Part shown: in pieces, positions 1-13,275 of the stretch | How the letters are laid out: each line of letters starts with the position of its first letter | Numbering within the stretch: position 1 is the first letter of the stretch | Assembly: GCF_001194135.2 (NCBI RefSeq) | Contig: NC_068986.1 | Span: 110,519,983-110,575,739, forward strand | DNA length: 55,757 nt | Direction of reading: 5' to 3' | DNA from: Octopus bimaculoides | Lineage: Eukaryota | Program-made: the position numbers and the translations under genes | The notes under the pieces: model-generated | What the model saw: only the letters and a program-made list of their open reading frames with translations | Told to the model about the DNA's origin: nothing | Database searches by the model: none

Positions 1-1489
1 TATATATATAAACACAACATACACACACACACACGGATACACATATGCGCGCACACACACATATATATCTCTGTATATAGACAGTCACACATATAAATAG
101 ATATAAATAAATATCTTGGCATTTGTGTGTGTAGCTGAGCATGGAAATTTTCTTCTATATGTATTTGTGAATATTAGTGCGTGTGTGCGTAGGTCCATGT
201 ATATTAGTGTGCATATGTTTGTGTTGATAGCTCTGTTCGTAGTAAATTTAAGCTGGTACTGCTTTCGAATTACGTTTAATGGAAATAGCCTTTTCCGTTT
301 GGCTTGTTTATAGATTGTATTGCCAATTGCGTATTGCCGCTATTCTACGAGTTTCTGCTGAACTTTGCTCCTCTATAAACGTCACCTTTTAAACTGAATT
401 GATTCAAGAAACCCTATTTGCTAGGCACAACTAACTAAGTTATTAAGTTGAAGATAACAACAACAACAACAACGAAAGCTTTAAGAAAAATAACGAAATA
501 TAGCTCCGACCTGGATAAATGTAGAATTGTATAAAACCGTTGTGTTGCAGAATACATTTATTTCTTCTCTTTGAGATGCGGGATACACTTGCTGTAAAAA
601 TATCTGTCCGTTTTTGTAAAACGAAGCTGAAACATTAATGGATTAACACCCCGCCCCTACACTCTCTCCTTCCTTCCTCCTACAAAAACGAATTTGAGAA
701 AGCAAAAAGATTGAAGAAAACAAGTACAACGTTAACAATAATAATAAAAACAAAATGGCGAACCAATACATTACGGAGAAGCAATTTTCGGCCATTGTTA
801 TTCACATGTTAGTGGAGAGCCTCTACGTTGTTGTTCAATCTGCTAAAAATAGTAACCTAATTTTACTTAAATCACCCACATTACCATCATAAAATTGGGA
901 AGGACACACAGGATAGAATAGTCAGCGTATACTAAAAGTAAAATAGCAAAAAGGATATTCGGGTCTGGAATACATTTGATTACAAATCTACTGGAATTTA
1001 AACGAGCTGGAGTTGAACAACAATAACAACAACATGCTGGTGGATCGCCTAAAGTCTTGTTACTTCGCTTGTTTATTATTTTAGACTCAAGAGAACGAAT
1101 AAAAGAAATTTGTTTCAGTTGTTTGCTGTTACAGAAGTAGATTGAAATCCAAAGTAGTTTTTTTCCTTCTGTTTTTGGTTCAGGTTATAAATATACTAGC
1201 CTTGCTGATATCAATTTGTGTTCAGTATTACCTTTTAAGTATATTATCTTTTCAATAAAACCTGAAAATGTAGGGAAAAAGAAATTGTGTTGGACGAGTT
1301 CATTGTGGAGAAGGAAGGTGATGACATAGCCTTTGTAGTGATGTAGAAAATTACGTTGAACCATGATAAGGTTGGTGTTTCATTTGCTCTAAAGAAAATA
1401 AAAGGGAAAATAAGAGTAGAGGGAGAGAGAAGGGGAGAGAGATGAGGAGGCAAAGGAGCAGAGTGAGAAAGGGCAAGGAAGACAGGGTG

Positions 1490-1606
1490 AGAGAAGCAGC
1501 AAAAAGAGGACAAGAAAAGATAAAAAGAGGCCAAAACGTAAGGATAAATGAAACGAATGGAGAAGGAAAAGAAAGAGAGAGATGAAGAAAGAAAGAAAGA
1601 AAGAAG

Positions 1607-1649
<43 letters not shown>

Positions 1650-1947
1650 TGATGATGATGATGATGAAGAAGAAGAAGAAGAAGAAAAAGAAGAAGAAGA
1701 AGAAGAAGAAGAAGAAGAAGAAGAAGAAGAAGAAGAAGAAGAAGAAGAAGAAGAAGGACGTGAATAAGAGGTAGAAGAAGATGTAGAAGGAGAAGAAAAG
1801 AATACGACGACGAGGAAGAAGACTATAAAGAAGACAAAAGATACAATTAGAAAAGAAACGTAAGGAGTTAAAAGAAGGTAGACAGATTGAGAGATAGATA
1901 GAGAGAAAGAGAAAGAGAGAAATAGAAAGAGAGAAAGAGAGATAGAT

Positions 1948-1988
<41 letters not shown>

Positions 1989-1990
1989 TG
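1490..1990. repeat. Compound purine-rich microsatellite (GAAA, AAT, GAT, GAA, GA tracts in series)
   Basis: Read directly; generates the spurious poly-N/D/E and poly-F/I ORFs 1582-1767 and 1351-2082. Confidence 0.95.
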
Positions 1991-2904
1991 GTTGTGTATA
2001 GTTGAAATAGATTGACTGTAATAAAATAGTCGCTACAGCGTCTTTGTCTTTTTGACGTGAAGAAGATAAAAACGGTGAACACTAATTTTAATAACCTTAT
2101 AAGAAATATAACTCAGAGTAACTATGTATGAGTGAAATAGCAGAAGCAATATTAATCATTCTATCTTGAAATTTTCTTAAAACAATTGGAGGGGAATTCG
2201 GACAGGTTTCATTCGGTCTCGTTAAATAGACGTTGCAGTATTTGTCAAAAGTTTAATAAGGAAAGGATAAGGTGACGATTGAAATATCTTGTATGGGATC
2301 GGCAAATCAACGATTCTTTTTATCAATCTTCGGAGCAAATATTGATGAAACGATGAGCTGAAGGGAGCGTCTAATTCTTGGCTCTGGTGGCGAATTAGTT
2401 TTACAGTTGTTCTTTTCTATACTCTCTTTGTTATTACGATGCTCGATGGACAAGAAAAATCATGAGAAAGTACAAGATTATAAAAATGTAAACAGCGTAA
2501 TTTATTGGGAGATATTTATTGTTACAAAGTGTAAAGGAAATTATTGGACGTGTTGAACAATAAACCGCCTGCTTTCTGCCCACCATTGAAGAAGTGCCCA
2601 AATAAATCAAAATTAATTTAGTCTTGGACTCATTAAGTTTTTAGTTAGTGCCAAGGGGAGACAACAAAATATTGGCTTACACTAGTAGACTTATAAAATT
2701 ACAAGACATAAAACATATAATGCAATACTAATCAATGACTAAATTTTATCTCCAGAAATCATTATACATAAATCCAATAAGACTTTTTTAAAACTATTAC
2801 TTTTTAATCAGATGAGGTCCCTGGGAAATATATTCACTCTAATTCGAAAATCTTGACACTTGAAAACTGAAATCGCAACGGTTTTCGAAAAATCCTTAGA
2901 TATA

Positions 2905-3262
2905 GTAGGAGTGGCTGTGAGGTAAGTAGCTTGCTTACCAGCCATATGGTTCCGGGTTCAGTTTACTATAGCCTCGGGCCGACTAAAGCCTTGTGAGTAG
3001 ATATGGTAGACAGAAACTGAAAGAAGCCCATCGTATATATGTTTGTGTGTGTGTGTATGCTTGTGTGTCTGTGTTTGTACTCCGTCCATCGCTTGACAAT
3101 CAATGTTCGTGTATTTATGTCCCGTAACTTAGCGGTTCAGCAAAAGAGTCCGGTAGAATAAGTATTAAGTTTACAAATAATACGTTCTGGGCCGAATTGT
3201 TCGACTCAAGGTGGTGCTCCAGCATGACCGCATTCATGATTACTGAGAAGAATAAAAGAATA
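2905..3262 (+). mobile_element. tRNA-headed SINE, family A, with an internal deletion
   Basis: Head gtaggagtggctgtgaggtaagtagcttgctt...gggttcagt, then tatagcctcgggccgac, a TG tract, cccgtaacttagcggttc and tail ggtggtgctccagcatgacc...aataaaagaata. Aligns with the 13276-13717 copy but lacks its cccactgcg...gtgtcttc segment. Confidence 0.9.
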
Positions 3263-3751
3263 GCAGATGAACAGCCTTTGAGAACTAAAAGGGAGTAATG
3301 TCTACATAAATAGTATCAAAAGCAGAGTCTGAGGAAATAACATCTCTAAAAACTTGATTGTTTAATAAATTCTTGTCTTATCTTCTAATTTGAATGTTAT
3401 TTTATGTGAGTTTTATTTTAACGCCAAAACATTTTTTCCTTTTTTATTTGTGACTAAATTCGTGAGAAATTGTCTCAAGGAAAATGCACATAACAGGCGT
3501 TTTCGAGACTCTTCCCTGTGAAATGAAATGAAGATTTAAGCAATTGGTTATGATTTAGCAAATCCTAATAGATTGCACTAAATCTTTGGCTAGCATTGAA
3601 CCCATGACATTAGTGAACGACGTATGGTAGGTGACCCATTCTCCCTTGGTGTCTAATAAAACAAAATATATTAAACTATATCAATAACTAATTAAATAAT
3701 CAAATAATAAACTATATTAGTAATATAAAAGCATAGAAGCAGGTTGTTGTG

Positions 3752-4030
3752 TCAGAAATCGACGTGGAAGACCGTTTTGGGGAGGTAAACGAACGAAAGA
3801 AGTCGATGTGCGGTTCCTGGGGTTATGTCAAAATAATGGGTAGCGAGTAAGGAATGATCCGAATGAGTTAGGATGCAGATGGTTACATCCTCAGCAGAGC
3901 CTACAGCATGCGATATATCACAGGTCTGGGTAGTGAGAAGGACATCCAGTTGTGAAAGCAACAGAGGTTGCATGTGAAGTGGTTGTGGATCAGAAGGTGT
4001 GAGCTTTGAAAGAGTTAACTGGGATAGCAA
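3752..4030 (-). mobile_element. Degenerate non-LTR retrotransposon ORF2 remnant (clade uncertain)
   Basis: Minus-strand translation QPLH...LDVLLT...SDHSLLATHYFDITPGTAHRL...LPKTVF loosely resembles LINE ORF2 motifs (either the APE LDxxLT...SDH motif or the C-terminal HY..F.PRT..LW..LP..VF motif). Recognised by recall only. Confidence 0.35.
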
Positions 4031-4347
4031 TTACTTGACACAAGCTTGGGTTTCATTAAGCCTAGCTGGATTAACTGAACGAAGTTGTCAAAACGCTGAA
4101 AGACCGGAAACAGTCAATGACATCTGGAAACATTACCCAATCAGTGCATTGAGGATAATTTATTATGTAGTCTCTCTCTGGATATATTGTGGGAGAAACA
4201 AAAAAACCGGTGGTCATGCCCAGGCTATCTTTCAGCGATCCTAGAAGACATAACCACGTGCATCACAAGATGGTGTCTGAAAGAATAAAAGGAATATGAG
4301 TTTCCAGTCATTCATCTTACGAATAATATGAATAACAAATATGAATA

Positions 4348-4350
<3 letters not shown>

Positions 4351-4383
<33 letters not shown>

Positions 4384-4446
4384 ATGTATGTATGTATGTA
4401 TGTATGTATGTATGTATGTATGTATGTATGTATGTATGTATGTATG
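4351..4446. repeat. (CA)n followed by (TATG)n
   Basis: Read directly. Confidence 0.95.
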
Positions 4447-5019
4447 TGTATTAGCCAAGTGAATGGAGTGAGCAACACGTTATCCTGCATAATGCTGCAT
4501 AGGTTTCATCCCGATTTTACCAGAAAATCATTGCTGATATATGTAATACCCGAATTGAATTTATACATACAGCAGTGCATGTGCACACGCACACAGATGC
4601 ACACACAGACACACGCGCGCACGCACACACAACCATATGTATATGTACATATGGTTGTGTGCGTATGTTTGTGCGTTCGTGTATGCTTGCGCGTGCGAGT
4701 GAGTGTTTGTATGCAAACATGATATTTAATGCTTGCAATTTCCTTCCATATTTTGTCATTGAATCACTTTCAGAAAATTCCGTTACTTATGATTGTGACT
4801 TCGATTTCAATCAAGACACTATCAAATTAATTATTTCACAAGAGACGTTCTCATTGGATGCAAACGTTATTAGCATAATATTTTGAATATAACAAGCAAG
4901 GATATTTTAAATTGTGGTGCAGTTGATTGGGGCTGTGGGTTTAAAAGCTATGGCTACTTTAATTGAGCCCACGTGATGAAAAGACTTTCAAATCTCCGCA
5001 TCCCATGTTTCCATTTCAG

Positions 5020-5111
5020 ACAATGCCTCGGACATACTATAGTCCGTACGTCTTCTCAACAAGGCCTATCTCATATAACACCTTCTTCTTCGTGATCGCT
5101 CGAGCCAAAGA
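5020..5111 (+). CDS. Candidate spliced coding exon of an unknown gene (T-MPRTYYSPYVFSTRPISYNTFFFVIARAK, phase-2 end)
   Basis: Acceptor catgtttccatttcAG|, donor AGA|GTGAGT, only one of three frames open, acaATG at 5023 with A at -3, non-repetitive sequence. No homology recognised. Confidence 0.45.
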
Positions 5112-6065
5112 GTGAGTTTCTCTACCTATCTGGTCACTCGTCTTGCAAATATATATATAAAAAGATAAACTGTTGAAAATATAAAGCTTTAAATACAAAA
5201 CAACAGGCAAATCACAGTTAGAATGGAATGATTTAAGTCATAGGTGTATCTCAGAAGGGGTTACTTGGAAATTAGTAGGTAAAATCATAGACTGTTTTAC
5301 TGTCTATTACATGGGTCAATTTCTCCAAATTAAAGGAGCTTATAAAGTAAATAGGCGAAACATATTCTTTGCCAACGTCCTCTTCCGCATATGGGAGCAT
5401 GTAGATATAATGGATGAATAATTTTCTCTATGAACTTCTTCATTAAAACAACGAGAGTCAATTCCATTGCCAAAGTATTAAAATATGTGACGGGAATGAG
5501 TGAAGACTTTCCTCCATCAGTTTGCTCCTTCGATACGTAGGAGACTGCATTATTCACCGGCCTTTAACTCTCTCCATCAACAAAATAATAAAAAAATTAA
5601 TAGCAAACTTCATTTTAGCTTCGATTTTCAGCATTTCTGTTGTGATAGTGAAAACTTTAAAAAAATTCAATCTGAGTAAAACGGAAAATGTGACAAAAAC
5701 AACAAATATAACAATAAGATAAAGCATCTACCCCGCCCTACCACCCACTAAAAGCATCTACCCACGAAAAAAACGACACAGATTACAAAACAAACACAAA
5801 CCAAACCTTCTTAGAATTATATCCTAACTACCATCTTTTATTAAAAATAAGAAAAATAAATAGTGTGCATCTTATTATGTAGTCTTCTTAGAGAGATTGT
5901 CTGCGGAAGGGATGGTCATGGCTGGTGCATGTTGGATCATTTGTCTCAGTGATCGGGTTAAACTGGTGGTTAAGCAACAACATTAAAATACTTGCAAGAA
6001 TAGTAAAAACTAGTATAAGAAACCTTGCACACACATTAGTTTCTGGTGCAAAGGATGCTACGATC

Positions 6066-6175
6066 AGATTTATTAGTAGCAGCAGCGACACCGACAGCAG
6101 TAGAAGTAGCAGTAGCGGCAGCAGCAGCAACTACAGCAACCATAATTCCGGTAGTAGCAAAACAGGTAGTAATAA

Positions 6176-6229
<54 letters not shown>

Positions 6230-6445
6230 TGGTAGTAGTAGTAGTAGTGGCAGCAGCGGGATACAGCTGTAACCGCACCAACTACGGGAGATATAGTAAG
6301 AACCAACAGTAGAATCTGAGATGGTAGTAATAAGAGCAGCATTAGCAACAGTAGCAGAATCACAAACAGTAGCAACAACAATACCAGCAACTGCAGCAGC
6401 AGTCGTTGCTATAATAGCAACAGTAGTAGCAGCAGCAGCCGGGCT
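6066..6445. repeat. (AGC)/(AGT)/(AAC) trinucleotide mosaic with a pure (AGT)n core
   Basis: Read directly; source of the poly-S/V/T/Y ORFs. Confidence 0.9.
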
Positions 6446-6799
6446 AATTTCAGCATCGTAATTAGTCTTACTCTTCTCATTAATTATAATGCCATCGTTT
6501 TATTTATATTTCATGTGAATAATTTACTAAGGATTAGAAATATTTTCGTCCCTTGTTTAAAATGAGGAAAGCATGATTTGAAGGGATTTTTCTTGCTAAT
6601 TTACCCGGTCATCACTACTTCGCAATGCCGGGAATGGATCATTTGTGTACCTCTTGCCGTCTTTGCATGTGGTAGCCGTGTCGCATACTTCCTCTACCGA
6701 AGGCTCTCTTACTTAGCTTTTCACTAAAATTCATTTTTATAGAATGTCAGGCTGTTGGGTTACGGAAGGCACAGATCTGTTGCTCAAAGATATGGCATA

Positions 6800-6884
6800 T
6801 ATATGTGTATATATATACATATGTATATATACAGACATATATATTTCGTATATATATGTATACTTATATATAGATACATATGTC

Positions 6885-6916
<32 letters not shown>

Positions 6917-7100
6917 NNNNNNNNNNNNNNNNNNNNNNNNNNNNNNNNNNNNNNNNNNNNNNNNNNNNNNNNNNNNNNNNNNNNNNNNNNNNNNNNNNNN
7001 NNNNNNNNNNNNNNNNNNNNNNNNNNNNNNNNNNNNNNNNNNNNNNNNNNNNNNNNNNNNNNNNNNNNNNNNNNNNNNNNNNNNNNNNNNNNNNNNNNNN

Positions 7101-7161
<61 letters not shown>

Positions 7162-7205
7162 ATGCATGCATGCATGTATGGATGCATGCATTTATGTATG
7201 TATGA
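6800..7205. repeat. (TA)n/(TG)n/(TATG)n microsatellite block around an N gap
   Basis: Read directly. Confidence 0.95.
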
Positions 7206-7216
7206 ATGAATGGGGG

Positions 7217-7420
7217 TGCGTCTTTGTGTCTATGTTTGCTTTTCAACATCACCCAACAACGTCCGGTGTTCCCATCCATGTAACTTAGCGGTTCGGAAAT
7301 GTAACCAATTAAATAAGCACCAAATCTAAAATAACTATCCGGATCGATTTGTTCGACTCTAACCTTCAAGATGATGCCCCAGTATGACCGGATTTAATGA
7401 GTGAAACGCCTAAAATACAC
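7217..7420 (+). mobile_element. Old SINE family A, 3' half
   Basis: gtaacttagcggttcgg...gatcgatttgttcgact...gatgccccagtatgacc matches the family A 3' body. Confidence 0.65.
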
Positions 7421-7529
7421 AAGATAACTAACGATGGTTCGTTGCACGCCTTTACTGATATCTTTAACAGTTGAAGGTGAATGAAATGATCAAGCGAGTG
7501 ATACAGGGAGCGGGTGTCTAGGTAAAAAA

Positions 7530-8420
7530 AAACTCCAGCATCGACGGTAATAATAGCACCGATAGCAACGCTACAATAGCCACAACAACAGCAGCAGCAA
7601 TAATAAGCCGCAGCAGTAATAAGGACAACCTCAGTAACACAGTAGCAAAACAGCAGTAATAGAGGCGTTAGCAACGACGAGATTGACAATAGATAGAGAT
7701 GCGACCACGGCAGCAGCGACATCTACATCGAAAGCAACAACAACAACAGCAACAGTCACAACAAGAACAGCAGCAGCAGCAACAACAACAAGAATGACGA
7801 CGATGACAACAACAACAACATCAGCAGCACCAAGAAAAGTGACAAGATCGGCGGTAAGCAGAAGAGCAGCGTCAACAACGGTGCTTTGCAGCAGCTTAAG
7901 ACTGCATAAACAGCAGAAGCAAGAGCAGCAGTAGCCGTAGCAGCAGACACATCAGCAACGGAAAAAGCATCACGTGCAGCAAACGGATAAACTACTGCAG
8001 CAAATATAGCAGTGGAAGTAGCGGAAGCTGCAATGAGAAGCAGCAACTGCAACGGCGAAAGAAATTTCAGCAGCAGGGACATCAGTAAATGTAAGATAGA
8101 CAACAACCATAGCAACAAACGAGAAACAATGATAACAGCTACAAATGGAGCAATGACGACGACGACGACGATGACGACAACAACGGCGGCAGCAGCAGCA
8201 GCAGCGACAACAGAGGTTATATTGCAACGGCTGCAATAACGGACAAGAGCAAAAATAACAACTGCAACAACAGCGACAACAACGACTTCAGATGCAGTAG
8301 CTGCTGCAACAGTGACAAAAATGACTGCAAGAACAGCATCGGCAACAAAAGAGCAACAACAACAGGAAGGGAAACAAAAATAATAATGACAACCACAACA
8401 ACAACAACGCGAAAGGAACT
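7530..8420. repeat. Degenerate CAG/CAA/GAC trinucleotide mosaic (~900 bp)
   Basis: Runs of gca, caa and gac interspersed with unique bases. Confidence 0.85.
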
Positions 8421-8619
8421 GAGCACAAAATGGGGCTTCAGAGTCGTCATCCGGTCTGCTTGAAATAGCAGCCAAGTAATCCTAAAATCATGCCTTATCA
8501 AGTTAAGGAGGAAAGGACCAATTTGATATTGTTGTCCAGATTTATAGAAGGTGTTGAGGAGGAATGAAATGAGTTAGTCACGAACGAACATCGATGATGA
8601 TCGATGTGAACGACCACAG

Positions 8620-9070
8620 CTGGCAAAATGTATAGGAAGAAAGAAGAGAAAAAGGAAAGGAGACATGAACATACACACCATGAGTAAGATAAAAAGAAGA
8701 AAAAAAGAAAAAGAAGAGGAAAAAAACAATATGAATGGAAAAGGGGAGGAAAATGTCGATGATGATGAAAAGAAGAAAAAGAGATGGGAGAAAAAGAAGA
8801 TGAGGAATAAGAAAACAAAGAGAAAATTAAAGGATAAAAAAGAAGGAAAAGAAAACAAGAAAAGAAACAAAGAAAATGCGGAAAAGGATGAAGAAAAAGG
8901 AAGGGAAGAAGAAGAAGAAAAGGGAGAATATAAAAATAAAGGTAGAATAAAGAGGAAAAAGGAGAAAATGAAAAAAGGTAAAAAAAGATGAAGAAGAAAC
9001 GTAAAAGAAGTGGAAGAGACTGATGGGAAAGAAAACTAAAGAAGAGGCAAAACAATAATAATAAAACAAA
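8620..9070. repeat. Low-complexity A/G-rich tract
   Basis: Almost exclusively A and G on the plus strand; gives K/E-rich and F/S-rich pseudo-ORFs. Confidence 0.9.
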
Positions 9071-9654
9071 AACGAGGGTCTGCAAGATTCGCCTCTTAAT
9101 TTTCTGCTGAAATTATCTTGAAGAAAATCAGAGAGAAAATGACAAAGTTTGAAGAATTCTCAGTAGAAGACACGTGATCTATTCTCTAATTTTGCAGGCA
9201 AATAAATATTTGCAGAGGTAATTTGCTGTCTTAACTGGCAATTCTAGTCATTATTGATTAAAATGCATCCGATTACCCCTCCGCTACTCTAAACCATTTT
9301 AACAAATCAGATTTAAAGACAAGCGAGTCTTTTTCGAGGTCAGGTTCAACTACTGGTAGACAAATTAATTAATTTTAAATGTTATCCTGAATGGAGGTGA
9401 ATACTAATGATATTCTTATAAATTATATATAAAACGCGGAGGAGGACACAGAGGTTGTTTTCATGTCTATATTAGTTGTGAGGAATTAAAGGCATCGTCA
9501 TTAGGGAAAGATAGTGTTGGTAAAGTAAAGCGTTACTGTGTCCAGTGCTAGGACCCATACTACCTGTTACCTGGTTTCCTCTGCATGTAAGTGAGCGAAA
9601 TGAAAACATTTTCCTTCAACAAGACGCCATTGATCCGCCGCTTTATTCATTTGC

Positions 9655-9790
9655 AGTGGAGTGATCTGGAGGAACGGGAAAATGAAGGGTTTTGCTCAAG
9701 GACACAACGCACCACTCGGTTCCGGGAATCAAAGTCACGATCTTCCGATTATGAGTAGAACTATCTAACAAGTTGGCTATGCCCCTTCTC
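9655..9790 (-). mobile_element. Old tRNA-headed SINE, family D (CORE-like block)
   Basis: Reverse complement gives a decayed tRNA head (gactttgattcccgga, B-box-like) followed by gttgtgtccttgagcaaaaccctt. Confidence 0.55.
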
Positions 9791-10086
9791 ATAGTATAGG
9801 TGTTGGTCCTTTATATCAACTCGGTGCTGAAATACTTATATGGTAGAGGTACGTTGTCAGTGTTCTAGAATTATCAAAACATACTGATTACGGTTCATTA
9901 AAGAGGATGTAGTACAGGGTGAGTTCGTTGTGGTTGGTACTGTATGGATTGAAAGTCACTGAGAATTAGTTTATTCAAGACGGTAGTTAAAGGAGATCGA
10001 ATCCACTTGCAAGTATTTTGAGATTTCAATTACACTTGAATCCCAAAAAGGAAATGCCTTACAGATTAAATATTTTTCAACTCTAA

Positions 10087-10220
10087 GAACAAGGCCCGAA
10101 ATTTTAGGGGAGGGGGCCAGTCGATTAGATCAACTTCAGTACGCAACTGGTACGTGATTTATCGACCCCAAAAAGATGAAAGGCAAAGTCGACCTCGGCG
10201 GAATTTGAATATAGAGATTC
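10087..10220 (-). mobile_element. SINE family C (MetaSINE-like domain), 3' part
   Basis: Reverse complement: aattccgccgaggtcgactttgcctttcatctttttggggtcgataaatcacgtaccagttgcgtactg. Confidence 0.85.
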
Positions 10221-10990
10221 AATATTACCACAGGGTTCATGTAGCAATTGAAGATGGAGCCAGATATCATGGATTGATTCGAAGTCTATTAAGAGTTCAT
10301 GCATTAATTAGATGTTGATACAGACTTAGTACGGCTGTTCAGTGTCAATCTATAATTCATATAATTCATGTAAGGATGCAACATTGAACTAGAGATCGTG
10401 TAATGATAGAAAGTCGACCTCAAATTTATCTTGTAATTTAATCATGACTCTGACTTCATTTGATTATTCGAATCAAACCACTCTGTTGATCGAGAGTTCG
10501 TGTCACGGTGTTTCTTTGACCAAGAGGTCATGTAACGGTTCAAACTCGATCTAAAGTTCATGCAGGAAAACTGTTGTATAGTCACTGTGACTGCAAGAAA
10601 TAGTATCTGTGCGGCTCTTAAATGGCACACTACGACCTTAAATCAGTAAAGGGCACCTTATGTAATATGGCGCTATATATCTTTAAAATAAGGAAGGTTC
10701 ACAGTTGGAATGACTTGCTTGATCAGGGATTTTATGAATTAAACGGTTGGCAGAAAAAAACAAAACAAAACGCTATTATGTTATTTTACGCTACGGTCGC
10801 CTGTTTCTGCATGAGAACTTGAGCACTTCATAGCAGGAAACAGAATAAGAAACATTTGCAGCTGGCTTCAGAATAAAATGCCCAACTTTTCAACATTAAA
10901 TATACAAATATAATTCGCATAGGATATAAACGGTGTGAGTTCAATCATATAATAATATAAATAAATAATATATATACACACACACACACA

Positions 10991-11427
10991 TATATATATA
11001 TGCATATATACATACATATACGTACATACCTACACACACACACGCACACACGATGGAGTTCGAAGCAGTTTCCGTTAATCAAGTTCACACACATGGCAAT
11101 TTTCTGCCCTGGGCTATAGTAGAAGACACTTGCCCAGGGACCACGCAGTGGAACTGACCCACAAACCACCTGTTTGCAAAACAAGCGTCTTGACCANNNN
11201 NNNNNNTATATATATATATATATATATATATATGCATATATACATACATATACGTACATACCTACACACACACACGCACACACGATGGAGTTCGAAGCAG
11301 TTTCCGTTAATCAAGTTCACACACATGGCAATTTTCTGCCCTGGGCTATAGTAGAAGACACTTGCCCAGGGACCACGCAGTGGAACTGACCCACAAACCA
11401 CCTGTTTGCAAAACAAGCGTCTTGACC
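10991..11427. other. Identical ~200 bp sequence on both sides of a 10-N gap (unmerged contig overlap)
   Basis: Sequence ending ...aagcgtcttgacca at 11196 recurs after the gap, ending at 11427. Confidence 0.85.
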
Positions 11428-11447
11428 ACACAGTCATGTGTACGCCT
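11283..11447 (-). mobile_element. SINE family A, 5' part
   Basis: gggctatagtagaagacacttgcccagggaccacgcagtggaactgacc...ttgaccacacagtcatgtgtacgcc is the reverse complement of the head plus CORE-like block. Confidence 0.8.
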
Positions 11448-11738
11448 GTCTGTCTGTCTAAATTAGATTTTCTAAGGGTTAATCAACAAGAACAACAAAA
11501 ACATCTACAACAACAGCAACAACCAGGCAACCAGCCAACCAGCCAGAGAAATATTGGGGAAAGTGTCAGTATGTAACAAGTGGGTAGCAACAGAAATTGG
11601 TAACGATGGAACTATCATCAACGGTTCGATGACTAATAGAGAAGAAAACAAAGTCACAACAGAACATTGAGTGGAATAAGTAGGTCATGGTGTGGAAGGG
11701 TTGCTGGGGTGGTTGGTGTGCTCGTTTACAATGTTCAT

Positions 11739-11770
<32 letters not shown>

Positions 11771-11989
11771 CAGAGGTGGGTGTTGTTAATCTAGTGTTTG
11801 GGGGTAGGGTGCGGAAGATGGCGAATGAGTCAGACAATTTTGGACTCAGAGATCGAAAAACGATTTTTTTTTTCAGAAAATTAATAGTAATTGTATAATA
11901 ATATAAACTTATTCCATTTCGATGCCAATTATAGATTAATCAGGTTGTTTTCAATTGTTATTGTTACTGTCGCTCTTGTTGCTGCTATA

Positions 11990-12008
11990 ATAACAACAAC
12001 AATAAAAA

Positions 12009-12093
<85 letters not shown>

Positions 12094-12135
12094 TAATAAT
12101 AACAATAATAATAATAATAATATTAATGATAATAA
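11990..12135. repeat. (AAT)n microsatellite
   Basis: Read directly. Confidence 0.95.
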
Positions 12136-12196
12136 TAATAATAATTGTTACTATTATTTTGTTCTTGATTATATTGCTGTTACCAATATTTTGTCA

Positions 12197-12486
12197 TTCT
12201 TCTTCTTCTTCTTCTTCTTCTTCTTCTTCTTCTTCTTCTTCTTCTTCTTCTTCTTCTTCTTCTTCTTCTTCTTNNNNNNNNNNNNNNNNNNNNNNNNNNN
12301 NNNNNNNNNNNNNNNNNNNNNNNNNNNNNNNNNNNNNNNNNNNNNNNNNNNNNNNNNNNNNNNNNNNNNNNNNNNNNNNNNNNNNNNNNNNNNNNNNNNN
12401 NNNNNNNNNTTATTATTGTTATCATCATCATCATCATCATCATCATTCTTCTTCTTCTTCTTCTTCTTCTTCTTCTTCTTCTTCTT

Positions 12487-12517
<31 letters not shown>

Positions 12518-12560
12518 TTATTATTATTATTATCATTATTTTCATTTTTTTATTATTGTT
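12197..12560. repeat. (TTC)n / (TCA)n / (TTA)n compound microsatellite with an N gap
   Basis: Read directly. Confidence 0.95.
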
Positions 12561-13275
12561 GTTGTTATTATTAATTTATTATCATTATAATTTCTTTTAT
12601 TGGCCTCAAGTTTTTAATGGCCTCAAGGTTTGGGAAAGAACAAAAGTGAAACAGCAAAGAAAAAACAAAAAAAAAAACCAAATAGGGAAGGGAGAGAGAG
12701 AGACGGGGAGGAAGTAGGGAAGGGAAATAGGAAAATGTACGTGGAATTAAATAGATAGATCAAGTAAACAACAAACAATTATAAACAAAAAAAAACAGCG
12801 CCAAAATATTTTTCTGATAATAGAGCAAGAATGTAAGACCACAAATTGGACCCCAAGACTGAGAGGTTAATATATAGGTTCAATCGTGGAAATTAACGCA
12901 TTTTCTTGGGTAACCGTGAGACAGCTGAAGGGCAAGTGATTCTTACAACTTTCTCACAACTTTCGCCGCCAAAAGCTGATTAGTTTTCACAAGAAAATTT
13001 AGACGCTCCGTTTCAGTCACTCTCAGAGGTGACTGACAGAAGAATACATCCCTTACGGTGTGTTTGTCAATATTTACGCACACATACACCCACACACACA
13101 CACANNNNNNNNNNACACACATATATTTACTTACAAGGTGAACAAAAGTGTACGTACGCCGCTCTATGTATATATAAATCCAAAAATTGCAACAAGAACG
13201 CAGCAAACATCAATTCGCTTATGCTCATCTGCTATGTTTCTGCCTGAAGACTTTCACACTACAGACACCAGTTCA

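Noticed and set aside
1232-1261. 30-nt minus-strand micro-exon candidate (strong acceptor, AG|GTAATA donor, GFIEKIIYLK in phase 1)
   Set aside because: Its phase does not fit the 16770 exon directly, and it is short enough to be chance without RNA data.
4030-4070. Possible hammerhead remnant cttaatga-aacccaagcttgtgt-caagt (minus strand)
   Set aside because: Both core boxes are altered; too degenerate to support.
5330-5557. 75-aa minus-strand ORF with ordinary composition
   Set aside because: GTG start, no clear splice signals, no recognisable motif.
7756-8475. 239-aa minus-strand ORF
   Set aside because: Stop-free only because CTG/GTT/GCT triplet repeats lack stops; low complexity.
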